A DNA stretch of 63,975 nucleotides, the filler included, from Octopus bimaculoides (Eukaryota), in the NCBI RefSeq assembly GCF_001194135.2. It is 9 parts of 8 records of this genome, joined end to end, with 100 filler letters (N's around TTAATTAATTAA, not from the genome) between each part and the next. Parts side by side here need not be neighbours in the genome. Positions count along the whole stretch, not along the records: positions 22,619 to 30,438 come from NC_069009.1; positions 30,539 to 36,996 come from NC_069009.1; 7 more parts are not named here. The stretch is one strand, 5' to 3'. The first letter of the stretch is position 1. Each line of letters opens with the position of its first letter. The position numbers were made by a program, and so were the translations under genes. The notes beneath the pieces were generated by a model that worked only from the letters and a program-made list of their open reading frames with translations, searched no databases and was not told the DNA's origin. Shown in pieces: positions 23,092 through 34,474 of the stretch.

Positions 23092-25143
23092 CCATCATCA
23101 TCATTGTCGTCGTCGTCGTCGTCATTGTCTTTATCATTTGGTGATGAAGGAAAATCAGTAAAAACGTCATTGCTGTTTCAATTTTCCGTTTGCAACCTGA
23201 TTCCTCCCATCAATAAAGGTCGCTTACGCTTAGGAGCATTTCATGAAGTAGACTGCTAGGCATCAATTGATTTTGGCCGTAACCATGTCAGCAGACTAAT
23301 TAAACATTGATTGATGACATCAATTGATTATGTCCTCTGTTTAAGAGATAAAGAAGCTTTGTTTGGATTTTGAAGGAAATATGTCACACAGTATTGTGAA
23401 ACGTATATATACATACATACATACATACATACATTAATCTTCTCTCTTCGCTCCTTTGCGCCACATGGGCTCAACTCCCCTCCCCTCTTCATCTAACCCC
23501 CTCCTCCTGTCTCTCTCCCCACCCTCCCTCCTACCACCCATCTCTCCCCCTCCCCACGTCCCTTCCTGCTCCGACTCCTACTTCTTTGTACGTCTCTTCA
23601 CCTCTCTTCACTCCTACTTCTCTTCCTACTTCTCTTCATTCCTACTTCTCTTCACTCCTACTTCTCTTCNNNNNNNNNNNNNNNNNNNNNNNNNNNNNNN
23701 NNNNNNNNNNNNNNNNNNNNNNNNNNNNNNNNNNNNNNNNNNNNNNNNNNNNNNNNNNNNNNNNNNNNNNNNNNNNNNNNNNNNNNNNNNNNNNNNNNNN
23801 NNNNNNNNNNNNNNNNNNNNNNNNNNNNNNNNNNNNNNNNNNNNNNNNNNNNNNNNNNNNNNNNNNNNNNNNNNNNNNNNNNNNNNNNNNNNNNNNNNNN
23901 NNNNNNNNNNNNNNNNNNNNNNNNNNNNNNNNNNNNNNNNNNNNNNNNNNNNNNNNNNNNNNNNNNNNNNNNNNNNNNNNNNNNNNNNNNNNNNNNNNNN
24001 NNNNNNNNNNNNNNNNNNNNNNNNNNNNNNNNNNNNNNNNNNNNNNNNNNNNNNNNNNNNNNNNNNNNNNNNNNNNNNNNNNNNNNNNNNNNNNNNNNNN
24101 NNNNNNNNNTATACATATACATATATACATATACATAAAACATACCAGCATCGGTTGTCAAGCGATGGTGGCGGACAAACAGACACACAAACCCACACAC
24201 ATATATATATATATGTATATATATACATATATACGACGAACTTCTTTCAGTTTCCGTCTACCAAATCCGCTCACGAGGCTTTGGTCGGCCCGAGGCTATA
24301 GTAGAAGACACTTGCCCAAAGTGCCACGCAGTGAGACTGAACCCGGAACCATGTGGCTGGTCAGCAAGCTACTCCTAAAACAATTAAAAATTATTCAAAA
24401 TATATAAAGAAGTGTATTCAGATATAAAAATATAAAAACTTAAAATTGTAAAAAGACATAAAATATATAAAAATATAAAGCATACAACGACATATATAAA
24501 TATATAAATGGTAAGATTATATAAGAATTATAAAAAGGTAAAAAAGATATATAAAAATTACGAAAAAAGATATTAATAAAAATAAGAAATAAAAATAAAA
24601 ATAATAAAAATAAAAACAAACTTTAAAGGTTTTTATATTACACACAATAAGAATGAAAAATAAAAGAATTAAGCAATTTTGATGTTATACGTTATAATTG
24701 TTGCTAAACAAATGTATAAATTGAGAAATATCGGTTTACTTCATCGATCCAGAAGCTAGTTGGAGCTTGACTTTCTTATGTGCTGTCTAGGATATCATCA
24801 TTATCATCATCGTCAAGGTCGTAGCCTTTGTCGTCGTCGTCGTCATCATCATCATCGTCATCATCATCGTCATCGTCATCATCATCTTTATCATTTGAAG
24901 ATGAAGGGAAAAAGCAGAGAAAAACTTCATTGCTGTTTCAATTTTCCGTTTGCGACCGGATTTCTCCCATAGGAGCATTTCACGAAGTAGAGCTATCAGA
25001 CATCAATTGATTTTGGCCGTAACTATGTCAGATTAATTAAAGATTAATGATGACATTAATTGATCATGTCGGCTGTTTAAGGGTTAAAGACGCTTTGTTC
25101 GGATTGTAAAGGAAATATGTCAATCAGTATTGTGAAACATATA
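22907..25143. repeat. Diverged direct duplication (~22907-23405 and ~24698-25143)
   Basis: Colinear blocks ttgttgc(c/t)aaac..aaattgagaaata, (CAT/CGT)n, cattgctgtttcaattttccgtttgc, catcaattgattttggccgtaac, cagtattgtgaaac; roughly 80% identity by eye. Confidence 0.85.
24140..24372 (-). mobile_element. CORE-type SINE, 5' two-thirds
   Basis: Well-conserved head and CORE on the minus strand. Confidence 0.8.
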
Positions 25144-25159
25144 TATAGCTCTTCGAAAC

Positions 25160-25320
25160 GCCGGTGTTAAAACGGGGGTAGCTGATGAAGAAGAATGTTC
25201 TCTATGTGGCTTGTGTGTTTTCTCGTCTTCGTTTTGTTTGCAATATCCTGTACCCAGATATGCACCTATACATACAGGTGGATGTCGGTATGCACATACC
25301 TGTACGTATATATGCATATA
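25160..25320 (+). repeat. 161-bp interspersed repeat shared with 62494-62654
   Basis: 6 mismatches between the two copies, which lie on different scaffolds; a related reverse fragment at about 40160-40250. Confidence 0.85.
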
Positions 25321-25334
25321 CATACATACATACA

Positions 25335-25370
<36 letters not shown>

Positions 25371-25559
25371 CACTACATATGTGGGAATTTCTGTCTGTGG
25401 GTGTGTTTGTGTAGTTGTTAGCTAACTCCTATATTGTTTCATCGATCTTGATGAAACTTGACATGTGAGTAGAACTCATGTTTGGAAACCTCATGACATA
25501 CTCAGATTGTTGAAAAAAATCGATAATAGGGCTCCTGGAAGGGATCTTTATATATATCT

Positions 25560-25596
<37 letters not shown>

Positions 25597-25642
25597 NNNN
25601 NNNNNNNNNNNNNNNNNNNNNNNNNNNNNNNNNNNNNNNTAG

Positions 25643-25678
<36 letters not shown>

Positions 25679-25824
25679 GCATCCATGCACGTATATATGA
25701 AGTGGAAAGGAACTGATCATAATAAGTGGAAAACTCAAGCAAAATGGCGCCCAGTATGCTTATCAAGTTATGCCAAAGTCATGGTCACAGACACGTCGAT
25801 TGACTGCGCATAATAATACACACA

Positions 25825-25865
<41 letters not shown>

Positions 25866-25967
25866 TATAAATATATAATGTGTGTGTGTGTGTGTGTGTG
25901 TGAATAACAGAGTTAATGATGCTAAAAATGACAAAAGCAGAAGACAAGAAAATTGTGATTTACGTAC

Positions 25968-26297
25968 CGTTTGCAGAAAGCAAAAGATACGATGAACAGT
26001 TGCAATCATAATCTTTAATTTCTTCGTCGTAAAACGATCGATGTATATGACATGAACCATTACAGTAGCTAAAATATTCGCACTCATTGTGGGAAGTACA
26101 TCGAGATGCACAGTCATTAGCAGACGATATGTTGACATATGTTTTATTCTGAGCAGATAAGCATTTTGATGTAGTTATTTCTCCGAATAGGACTCCGATA
26201 CATGCTGGTTTTCCAGCTATCGGAGTCGCAAATTGTAGAAGAGTCAACTCTGACAGCAATATGAGAAGCAAATGATACTGAAATGATGTTTCTATTC
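25968..26297 (-). CDS. Probable exon of a secreted PAN/apple-like domain glycoprotein
   Basis: Acceptor tattttttcatattccAG|GA at 26298/26297, donor AACG|GTACGT at 25968/25967; 330 bp, phase 1-1. Hydrophobic YHLLLILLSELTLLQF, then the apple-like motif SANDCASRCTSHNECEYFSYCNGSCHIH; 9 Cys; sequons NKT, NIS, NGS, NCS. Confidence 0.7.
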
Positions 26298-26586
26298 CTG
26301 GAATATGAAAAAATACACAATAAAACGTACAGACAATAATACATACAAACATACATCCTTGAGCAACATTCCTTGTCTGATAACCTTCAATACATGTCCA
26401 AAGAAGTTGCACGACTCTACCGCAACGTATCATCTTTGATTCATGAATGCCTCGGAAAGTTCTAAGAGGTGAACTCATACTCATTAATGTCTTAGTGCAA
26501 AAGACGAAAACAATAGTGCAAGGACTCGTTCGAAACTGTGGATTCAGTTTCGAATCTTCACTGAGAAATTTGTAGCTGTTCGTTAC

Positions 26587-26651
<65 letters not shown>

Positions 26652-27020
26652 NNNNNNNNNNNNNNNNNNNNNNNNNNNNNNNNNNNNNNNNNNNNNNNNN
26701 NNNNNNNNNNNNNNNNNNNNNNNNNNNNNNNNNNNNNNNNNNNNNNNNNNNNNNNNNNNNNNNNNNNNNNNNNNNNNNNNNNNNNNNNNNNNNNNNNNNN
26801 NNNNNNNNNNNNNNNNNNNNNNNNNNNNNNNNNNNNNNNNNNNNNNNNNNNNNNNNNNNNNNNNNNNNNNNNNNNNNNNNNNNNNNNNNNNNNNNNNNNN
26901 NNNNNNNNNNNNNNNNNNNNNNNNNNNNNNNNNNNNNNNNNNNNNNNNNNNNNNNNNNNNNNNNNNNNNNNNNNNNNNNNNNNNNNNNNNNNNNNNNNNN
27001 NNNNNNNNNNNNNNNNNNNC

Positions 27021-27035
27021 AACACCACCACCACC

Positions 27036-27082
<47 letters not shown>

Positions 27083-27110
27083 CGACGACGACGACGACGA
27101 CGACGACGAC
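27021..27110. repeat. Compound trinucleotide (CAC)n(CAA)n(CGA)n
   Basis: Three abutting pure blocks of about 9-10 units each. Confidence 0.9.
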
Positions 27111-27671
27111 ATTATAAACACAAGCAAAACGTTGTCCACACGGAAATCACCAGCCAGAACACCACCATTCACATCAACCAAAACGATCATTGATTACGTG
27201 GACACACATAGAAGTGATTAAAAATTTAATACATCGATAAACATCCAATACGAAAACTAAATCACTGCAACAGAAGCATGCTGACACATCAAAACATCAC
27301 AAAACGTATACAACGTTTGAAAACTAACAAATATTTCAAAGGAAAAGATTTTCGAGGTTATGCGAACAAAGGACTTATTCGTGGAAATACTCAGAAACTA
27401 GTCGGAAAGACGGAATGTCTGTCCTGTGACAAGGATAAGCTAAGTCAAGCCTGACCAACTCTAGATATCCTGTATATGCATAAGAAGCAAAACGTAGACA
27501 TCTGTACGCATCCATCCGTCCATCCATACATCTATACATACATACATAGCTAGCTAGGACACTATAATGAAATCTGTCCGAAGGATAACCCTTTGTGGGC
27601 CACTTTAACCACAGAAAGTCTTTTGAGAGCCGCTTGTATAGTTTATGCACTAAATCTCATGTTATTACCAC

Positions 27672-28257
27672 GGCACTCCGTCGGTTACGACGGCCAGGGT
27701 TCCAGTTGACCCAATCAACGGAACAGCCTGCTCGTGAAATTAACGTGCAAGTGGCTGAGTACTCCACAGACACGTGTGCCCATAGCTCGTAGTTCTCGGG
27801 GAAGTTCAGCGTGACACAGAGTGACAAGGCTGACCCTTTGAATTACAGGTACAACAGAAACGGGAAGTAAGAGTGAGTGAAAGTTGTGGTGAAAGAGTAC
27901 AGCAGGGTTCACCACCAACCCCTGTCGGGGCCTCGCGGAGCTTTTAGGTGTTTTTGCTCAATAAAAACTCACAACGTCCGGTCAGGGAATGGAAACTGCA
28001 ATCATATAACTGCNNNNNNNNNNNNNNNNNNNNNNNNNNNNNNNNNNNNNNNNNNNNNNNNNNNNNNNNNNNNNNNNNNNNNNNNNNNNNNNNNNNNNNN
28101 NNNNNNNNNNNNNNNNNNNNNNNNNNNNNNNNNNNNNNNNNNNNNNNNNNNNNNNNNNNNNNNNNNNNNNNNNNNNNNNNNNNNNNNNNNNNNNNNNNNN
28201 NNNNNNNNNNNNNNNNNNNNNNNNNNTCTGCTGCCCTAACCACTGGGCCAATGAGCT
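27672..28257 (-). mobile_element. tRNA-derived SINE (head A, tail 2), containing a gap
   Basis: Colinear with 7087-7463. Confidence 0.8.
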
Positions 28258-28365
28258 TCCGACTTCGGCGGAATTTGAACTCAGAACGTAAAGAAGGACG
28301 AAATACCGCCAAGCATTTTGCTCGACGTGCTAACGATTCTGCTAACTCAGCGCTTTTGTAATAAC

Positions 28366-28401
<36 letters not shown>

Positions 28402-28545
28402 TCCTTCTACTATAGGCATAAGGCTTGAAATTTTGAGGAGGGTGATAGTCGATTACATCGACCACAGTTTTCAACTGGTACTTAGTTTATCGACCCCGAA
28501 AGGATGAAAGGCAAAGTCGACCCCGGCGGAATTTGAACTCAGATC
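28257..28545 (-). mobile_element. Two truncated tandem Meta-like SINEs separated by (TAA)n
   Basis: ggcggaatttgaactcaga occurs twice; core and tail b at 28400-28545. Confidence 0.7.
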
Positions 28546-29719
28546 GTGAAAAGCTCCCCACCTTAATATATAGCCTTTCGATCCATGATTTCTACAAATC
28601 TGCTCCCGTCTTTCCATTCCCTTTGGAAATGGGGAAATAATAATAGTAAACCTAACGTAATGAAAGCACAAGTCAGCTACAGTATTTTACATTATAGAAT
28701 TATAAAAACATTTTTAGTTATTCTGTTTCTTTTCATTCCTAATATCATTAATTCACTCACCTTTAAGATTCATGACTGTTACAGAATTGTTAAATAAACT
28801 TCACTTTCAGTTGAAAATCGATAAACCAGACGTGTCTCACTAGAAACAATATCTTCTGCCTTTTAATGTCACTTTTTTCTAGTTTCGATAAACAGGCTTT
28901 CTTTCGTTTATTTCTATTCTCTTCGTTCTGACAATTCAAGAAAAAACTTAGGATATTTCACAGTTGATTTCTTTTTGCATTGGCTTCCAAAAGGTGATAT
29001 GTTCTTAAAACAATAACTCCAGATTTTTTTCCCACTCTTATTAAGATAAATGTGCAATTGAAACCTTCTATCCTTCTCACTCAAAAAGTTGTCGCCAGGT
29101 TATTTCAGTTTTCTTAAACACGGTCTTAAACTTGGTGTCTGTCGTTTCATTATTTCCAAACTACTTTGCTTTCAAGATTATAAGTAAGTTATCGAGATTA
29201 TAAGTAAGTTTCACCCTCGGATTCGTTAATTTTCCTAACAGTGACCGCTTCTATCCCTCGATCTTTGCAAACACACCTCTTAAAACAAGTCGCTTGTATT
29301 TATATGCTTGGTGGACAAAACAGCTTTAATTTAACCAAACAATATGTCGATAGTTTTCGATTTGCCTATATGTTACATTTTGCTCTGGATGAATTATGTA
29401 AACGCTGTTGAATGAGGTGTGACCGATAATATCAAGTAGAGAGTCAAAACCTTGAAGTAAGGAAGGATTGGTTATATTCGTATTTTAGCTTCAAGTAAAT
29501 ATTTGATAATGTTCTCCGAGAAAGGTGTGAACATTAAAGATTCTCGTTTTAATTATTAAACAAACTTCACAGTAAAGGCCAGATTTTCTTCTGATATGTG
29601 AAGGTGCTAATAACATATTAAGGTAGGTTCGATTCACGTCGATCTACCCTCCAAACTTTACGCATGTCACTAGTAAAAGACAGATCTTGAAGAAGAAGAA
29701 GAAGAAGAAGAAGAAGAAG

Positions 29720-29752
<33 letters not shown>

Positions 29753-30438
29753 TATTGTAGAAATAAAAATCTAAAAATCTTTGAAATGACGGACAAATGA
29801 AAGATGAGTTGGGGTAGAGTCAGCAGATTCAGAGAAGCGTGTCATTGTAATAGAAGAGTTTGGAATCTTGGCAGTCTAGTGTTGTTGCTGTTGTCGTTAC
29901 TGTGGTGGTTAGCCACAGGTGTGTTTGAGCCCCGATTATCGCCATTATTATCCCGTCTTTGTTTTCAAACCGTGTGTTATAAAAATCGCATTATCCAATT
30001 GTGTTCTTCTAAAATGGTGACGCGTGATATGATAAATATTTAGTTGTAATTTCTAATATTTTAGGCAACTGCTCAGAGATTAGACTTTCACCTTGGTATG
30101 TAATATAGAAATGCATGGTGAATGAAGGCTCCCAAACCAAGTGGATGGTTACTTTTCAATACATTTAGCTGCGGATTAACATAATTAATGTAGCATCTAG
30201 AAGCGACTTTTCTTCAATTGAAACTACACCCATAATTAGGAGACAAAGCATTAGCATTAATGACAATTACTTAACAAAATAATTAAAGGAGAAAATGCAG
30301 AAACTATTTATTACTAATGAAATTTTACCATTTTTCATTGTAATCCACTTTTTTTCCAGGCAATGCAATAAAAATATTCTTTTGTTAAAAAATATTTGAA
30401 TTATTTTTCATTGTTGATGATTGAATTAAAATAAGAAT

Positions 30439-30538
30439 NNNNNNNNNNNNNNNNNNNNNNNNNNNNNNNNNNNNNNNNNNNNTTAATTAATTAANNNNNN
30501 NNNNNNNNNNNNNNNNNNNNNNNNNNNNNNNNNNNNNN
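30439..30538. other. Artificial scaffold linker 3
   Basis: 44 N + TTAATTAATTAA (30483-30494) + 44 N. Confidence 0.97.
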
Positions 30539-30569
<31 letters not shown>

Positions 30570-30677
30570 TATATATATATACACACATATATATGTGCAT
30601 ATATACATACATACATACATACATACACACACTGACACACACACATATATATATATATATGTAGAGAGAGAGAGAGA

Positions 30678-30861
30678 GATAAAGTTAGATAAGGCCAGTT
30701 TATGGGATTATCCTAGGTTTCACATCTATAAAGCACTTAGCTTTACAATGTATTGCCAGATCCCGAACCTATTCAGAATTGGCAATATGCTGTAAAGCTA
30801 AGTGCTTTATAGATGTGAAACCCCAGGGTAATCCCATAAACCGGCCTTATCTAACTTCATC
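30678..30861. repeat. Fold-back element (81/82-bp arms, 21-nt loop), MITE-like
   Basis: Arms 30678-30758 and 30780-30861 differ by 7 substitutions and 1 indel; a perfect 30-bp block is present. Confidence 0.9.
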
Positions 30862-30988
30862 TATATAATATACTTCTCTATAATTTAGAGCGTTCATCTA
30901 TTTTGGATTTATGTTTTACTGACGACATATATATATAAATATCTTCAAATTCAGTGATTTTTTTTTCTATTCATTTTTTAATATATTT

Positions 30989-31039
<51 letters not shown>

Positions 31040-32050
31040 AACTGAGAAGTACTCAACATTATTAGCTTAGAACATTAATCTATTTAAAGCTGAGTTTGTG
31101 TGAGTTGCTACTCAGGCTTTCTTGTCTCCAGTTTCCAGGTGATGGACTCCATATAGATTAGAAGTTTAGTCATGGTGAATAAGGACCAGCTGACTCTGTT
31201 GATAAATCAGGTGATATCCATTTGTTAGATATGTGTGGGANNNNNNNNNNNNNNNNNNNNNNNNNNNNNNNNNNNNNNNNNNNNNNNNNNNNNNNNNNNN
31301 NNNNNNNNNNNNNNNNNNNNNNNNNNNNNNNNNNNNNNNNNNNNNNNNNNNNNNNNNNNNNNNNNNNNNNNNNNNNNNNNNNNNNNNNNNNNNNNNNNNN
31401 NNNNNNNNNNNNNNNNNNNNNNNNNNNNNNNNNNNNNNNNNNNNNNNNNNNNNNNNNNNNNNNNNNNNNNNNNNNNNNNNNNNNNNNNNNNNNNNNNNNN
31501 NNNNNNNNNNNNNNNNNNNNNNNNNNNNNNNNNNNNNNNNNNNNNNNNNNNNNNNNNNNNNNNNNNNNNNNNNNNNNNNNNNNNNNNNNNNNNNNNNNNN
31601 NNNNNNNNNNNNNNNNNNNNNNNNNNNNNNNNNNNNNNNNNNNNNNNNNNNNNNNNNNNNNNNNNNNNNNNNNNNNNNNNNNNNNNNNNNNNNNNNNNNN
31701 NNNNNNNNNNNNNNNNNNNNNNNNNNNNNNNNNNNNNNNNNNNNNNNNNNNNNNNNNNNNNNNNNNNNNNNNNNNNNNNNNNNNNNNNNNNNNNNNNNNN
31801 NNNNNNNNNNNNNNNNNNNNNNNNNNNNNNNNNNNNNNNNNNNNNNNNNNNNNNNNNNNNNNNNNNNNNNNNNNNNNNNNNNNNNNNNNNNNNNNNNNNN
31901 NNNNNNNNNNNNNNNNNNNNNNNNNNNNNNNNNNNNNNNNNNNNNNNNNNNNNNNNNNNNNNNNNNNNNNNNNNNNNNNNNNNNNNNNNNNNNNNNNNNN
32001 NNNNNNNNNNNNNNNNNNNNNNNNNNNNNNNNNNNNNNNNNAATATATTT

Positions 32051-32092
<42 letters not shown>

Positions 32093-32095
<3 letters not shown>

Positions 32096-32486
32096 GGATA
32101 TGCCACCTAGGTAGGCAAGGTAGGCAGTGCCCTACCTTGGATAAAATAGATCAATAGCAACATTTTCCTTTCATGGCAAAATATACACCTAATTCAATAA
32201 AATCTGATTACTGTGTATAAAATGCAAGATATTTTATTTTTTTATAGATTAGGTAGGCATAATTTGTCCCTGCTTTTCAATCTCAGTATTAAAACTACGT
32301 ATAGTAATGCTGTAGTACACATGCTGTGTGCATTCCTACAACAATGTTTTCTCTACGCGCTATAAAGGTAGAAGTAAATCTGCCTACAACTCAGTTGCAT
32401 GCCTGTTTTTCATTTATTTTTTGTGCGTTTACTACATAAAGGTCACCAACTGCCTACCCTGAGTAATTACTGACAGCATGAGCCTG
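32093..32486. mobile_element. Degenerate hAT-like MITE
   Basis: Termini CAGGGATATGC / GCATGAGCCTG (8/11 as an inverted repeat), inverted subterminal gtaggcag/ctgcctac, (TA)n on both flanks. Confidence 0.4.
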
Positions 32487-32807
32487 ATATATACATATAT
32501 ACAACATACATATATTCCTATCCCCGTTTGCAGATGTATGCACACAAATATCCTTCTCTCTCTCTCTCACTCTCTCTCTCTCTCTCACTCTCTCTCTCTC
32601 ACTCTCTCTCTCNNNNNNNNNNCTCTCACTCTCTCTCTCTCTCTCAATATATATATATATATATATATATATACATGCACATGGATACATACACAAATAC
32701 ATTTCCATTTATGCACAGGTATGCATTTATATATCCCTACATGTACTTATCCTTGAAGATATATATATATATATGTGTGTGTGTGTATGTATATATATGT
32801 ACATATA

Positions 32808-32847
<40 letters not shown>

Positions 32848-33871
32848 TGTATGCATATATATATTTACACACACACATAGGAAATAAGAATGCATTCATA
32901 AGTACGTGCATGTGCATGTGGCTGTGCATGCACAAATGACTACATGTTCTTTCACACTTGCACACACAGACACACATACATGAACAAGTGCATATTTATA
33001 CACACTGTCTATTTAAATGTATATCTTCACACACTCCAGGCATGTATGCAGATCTGATTGTACATGCAGTACCTCAGTGGCATGGGTGCAGGTGTAAACA
33101 TCAGATGCAGCGCTCAAACATTTCAAAACTACAAATGTGAAAATATACAAAACTATACAAAAATATGTATGTGCAAACAGATAAAATCTTAGTAGAAAAC
33201 GCAAAATACACACAAAAAACGGGGCAAAATTTCTTCTAAGTCTATGTAAAATTGCAACAATATACAAAATGCTAAATTTCAAATTCATAGTAATACAGTA
33301 ACGTGAGTTTACAAGATTCTATGTGTATTAAATTATGTCAGCAAACAGTTGCGAAGATTCAAAATAGAAAGATTTAAGAATCTAGAAATACAAGCATATA
33401 GGAACAGACAATTGCAGTGGTACCATCTGAGGAATGGGGCAAAAAGAAAAAGAATGCAGAATGTTACAAATATACAGGAATGCAAATTAATAAACAAAAA
33501 TTACTGATCTGCAAAATAGATTGGTGCAAAATCACAAATTTACAAAGAGTCAGAGGATGGACGGAGTTCAGAAAATTTGAGTTCAAATAATGACAAGTTT
33601 ATGAATATCAATTGATTGAGGATCAGGAAGGAGAAGCTCAGAAGGTTGACTTAAATAGATTCAGCATTTAACTATAAAGCTACATTTATATATATATATA
33701 TATATNNNNNNNNNNNNNNNNNNNNNNNNNNNNNNNNNNNNNNNNNNNNNNNNNNNNNNNNNNNNNNNNNNNNNNNNNNNNNNNNNNNNNNNNNNNNNNN
33801 NNNNNNNNNNNNNNNNNNNNNNNNNNNNNNNNNNNNNNNNNNNNNNNNNNNNNNNNNNNNNNNNNNNNNNN

Positions 33872-33904
<33 letters not shown>

Positions 33905-34474
33905 TGTGTGATATATCTATATATACATATGGTATTTGTGCATACATATATATATATGCATGTGTGTGTATACATATATATGTGCGTGTGTGTATATATG
34001 TGTGTGTGTGTGTGTCTGTGTGTATAAGTATATGTATATGCATGTATCTTGGTCTGTCTCTATATTTATATCTATTTATCTTACATTATATCTTTGTGTA
34101 TATGCTTTGTCTATGTAAATGTATAAATATGATTATTTTATATTCTTGTGTGGCTTTCTTTTTATATACACATTTACACACATTTACCTATACATACAAA
34201 TATAAATAATAGTAACAAGAACCACAACGATAGTAACACCGGTAACAGTGAAAACATCAGTAACAACAATGTTATCAACAACAAAAGTAAATCCATTTTA
34301 TCAACTGGTGTGAATCTGTTAAGTTGTTTGATAGTAACAATGTCAAGGTGAGCTATAGTTACACCAAAAACTTGACTGGTTTCTTAGTTTATTCAAAAGA
34401 AAGACTTTTTCTGCACAAACACCATAATCTTGAATTTATGTAATTACAATAATGCAAATGTCTTGTTTCATATT

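Noticed and set aside
27372-27412. GAAACTAGTC, resembling a minimal hammerhead stem III with a GUC site
   Set aside because: The upstream core is CTTATTC rather than CTGANGA, and neither stem I nor stem II pairs.
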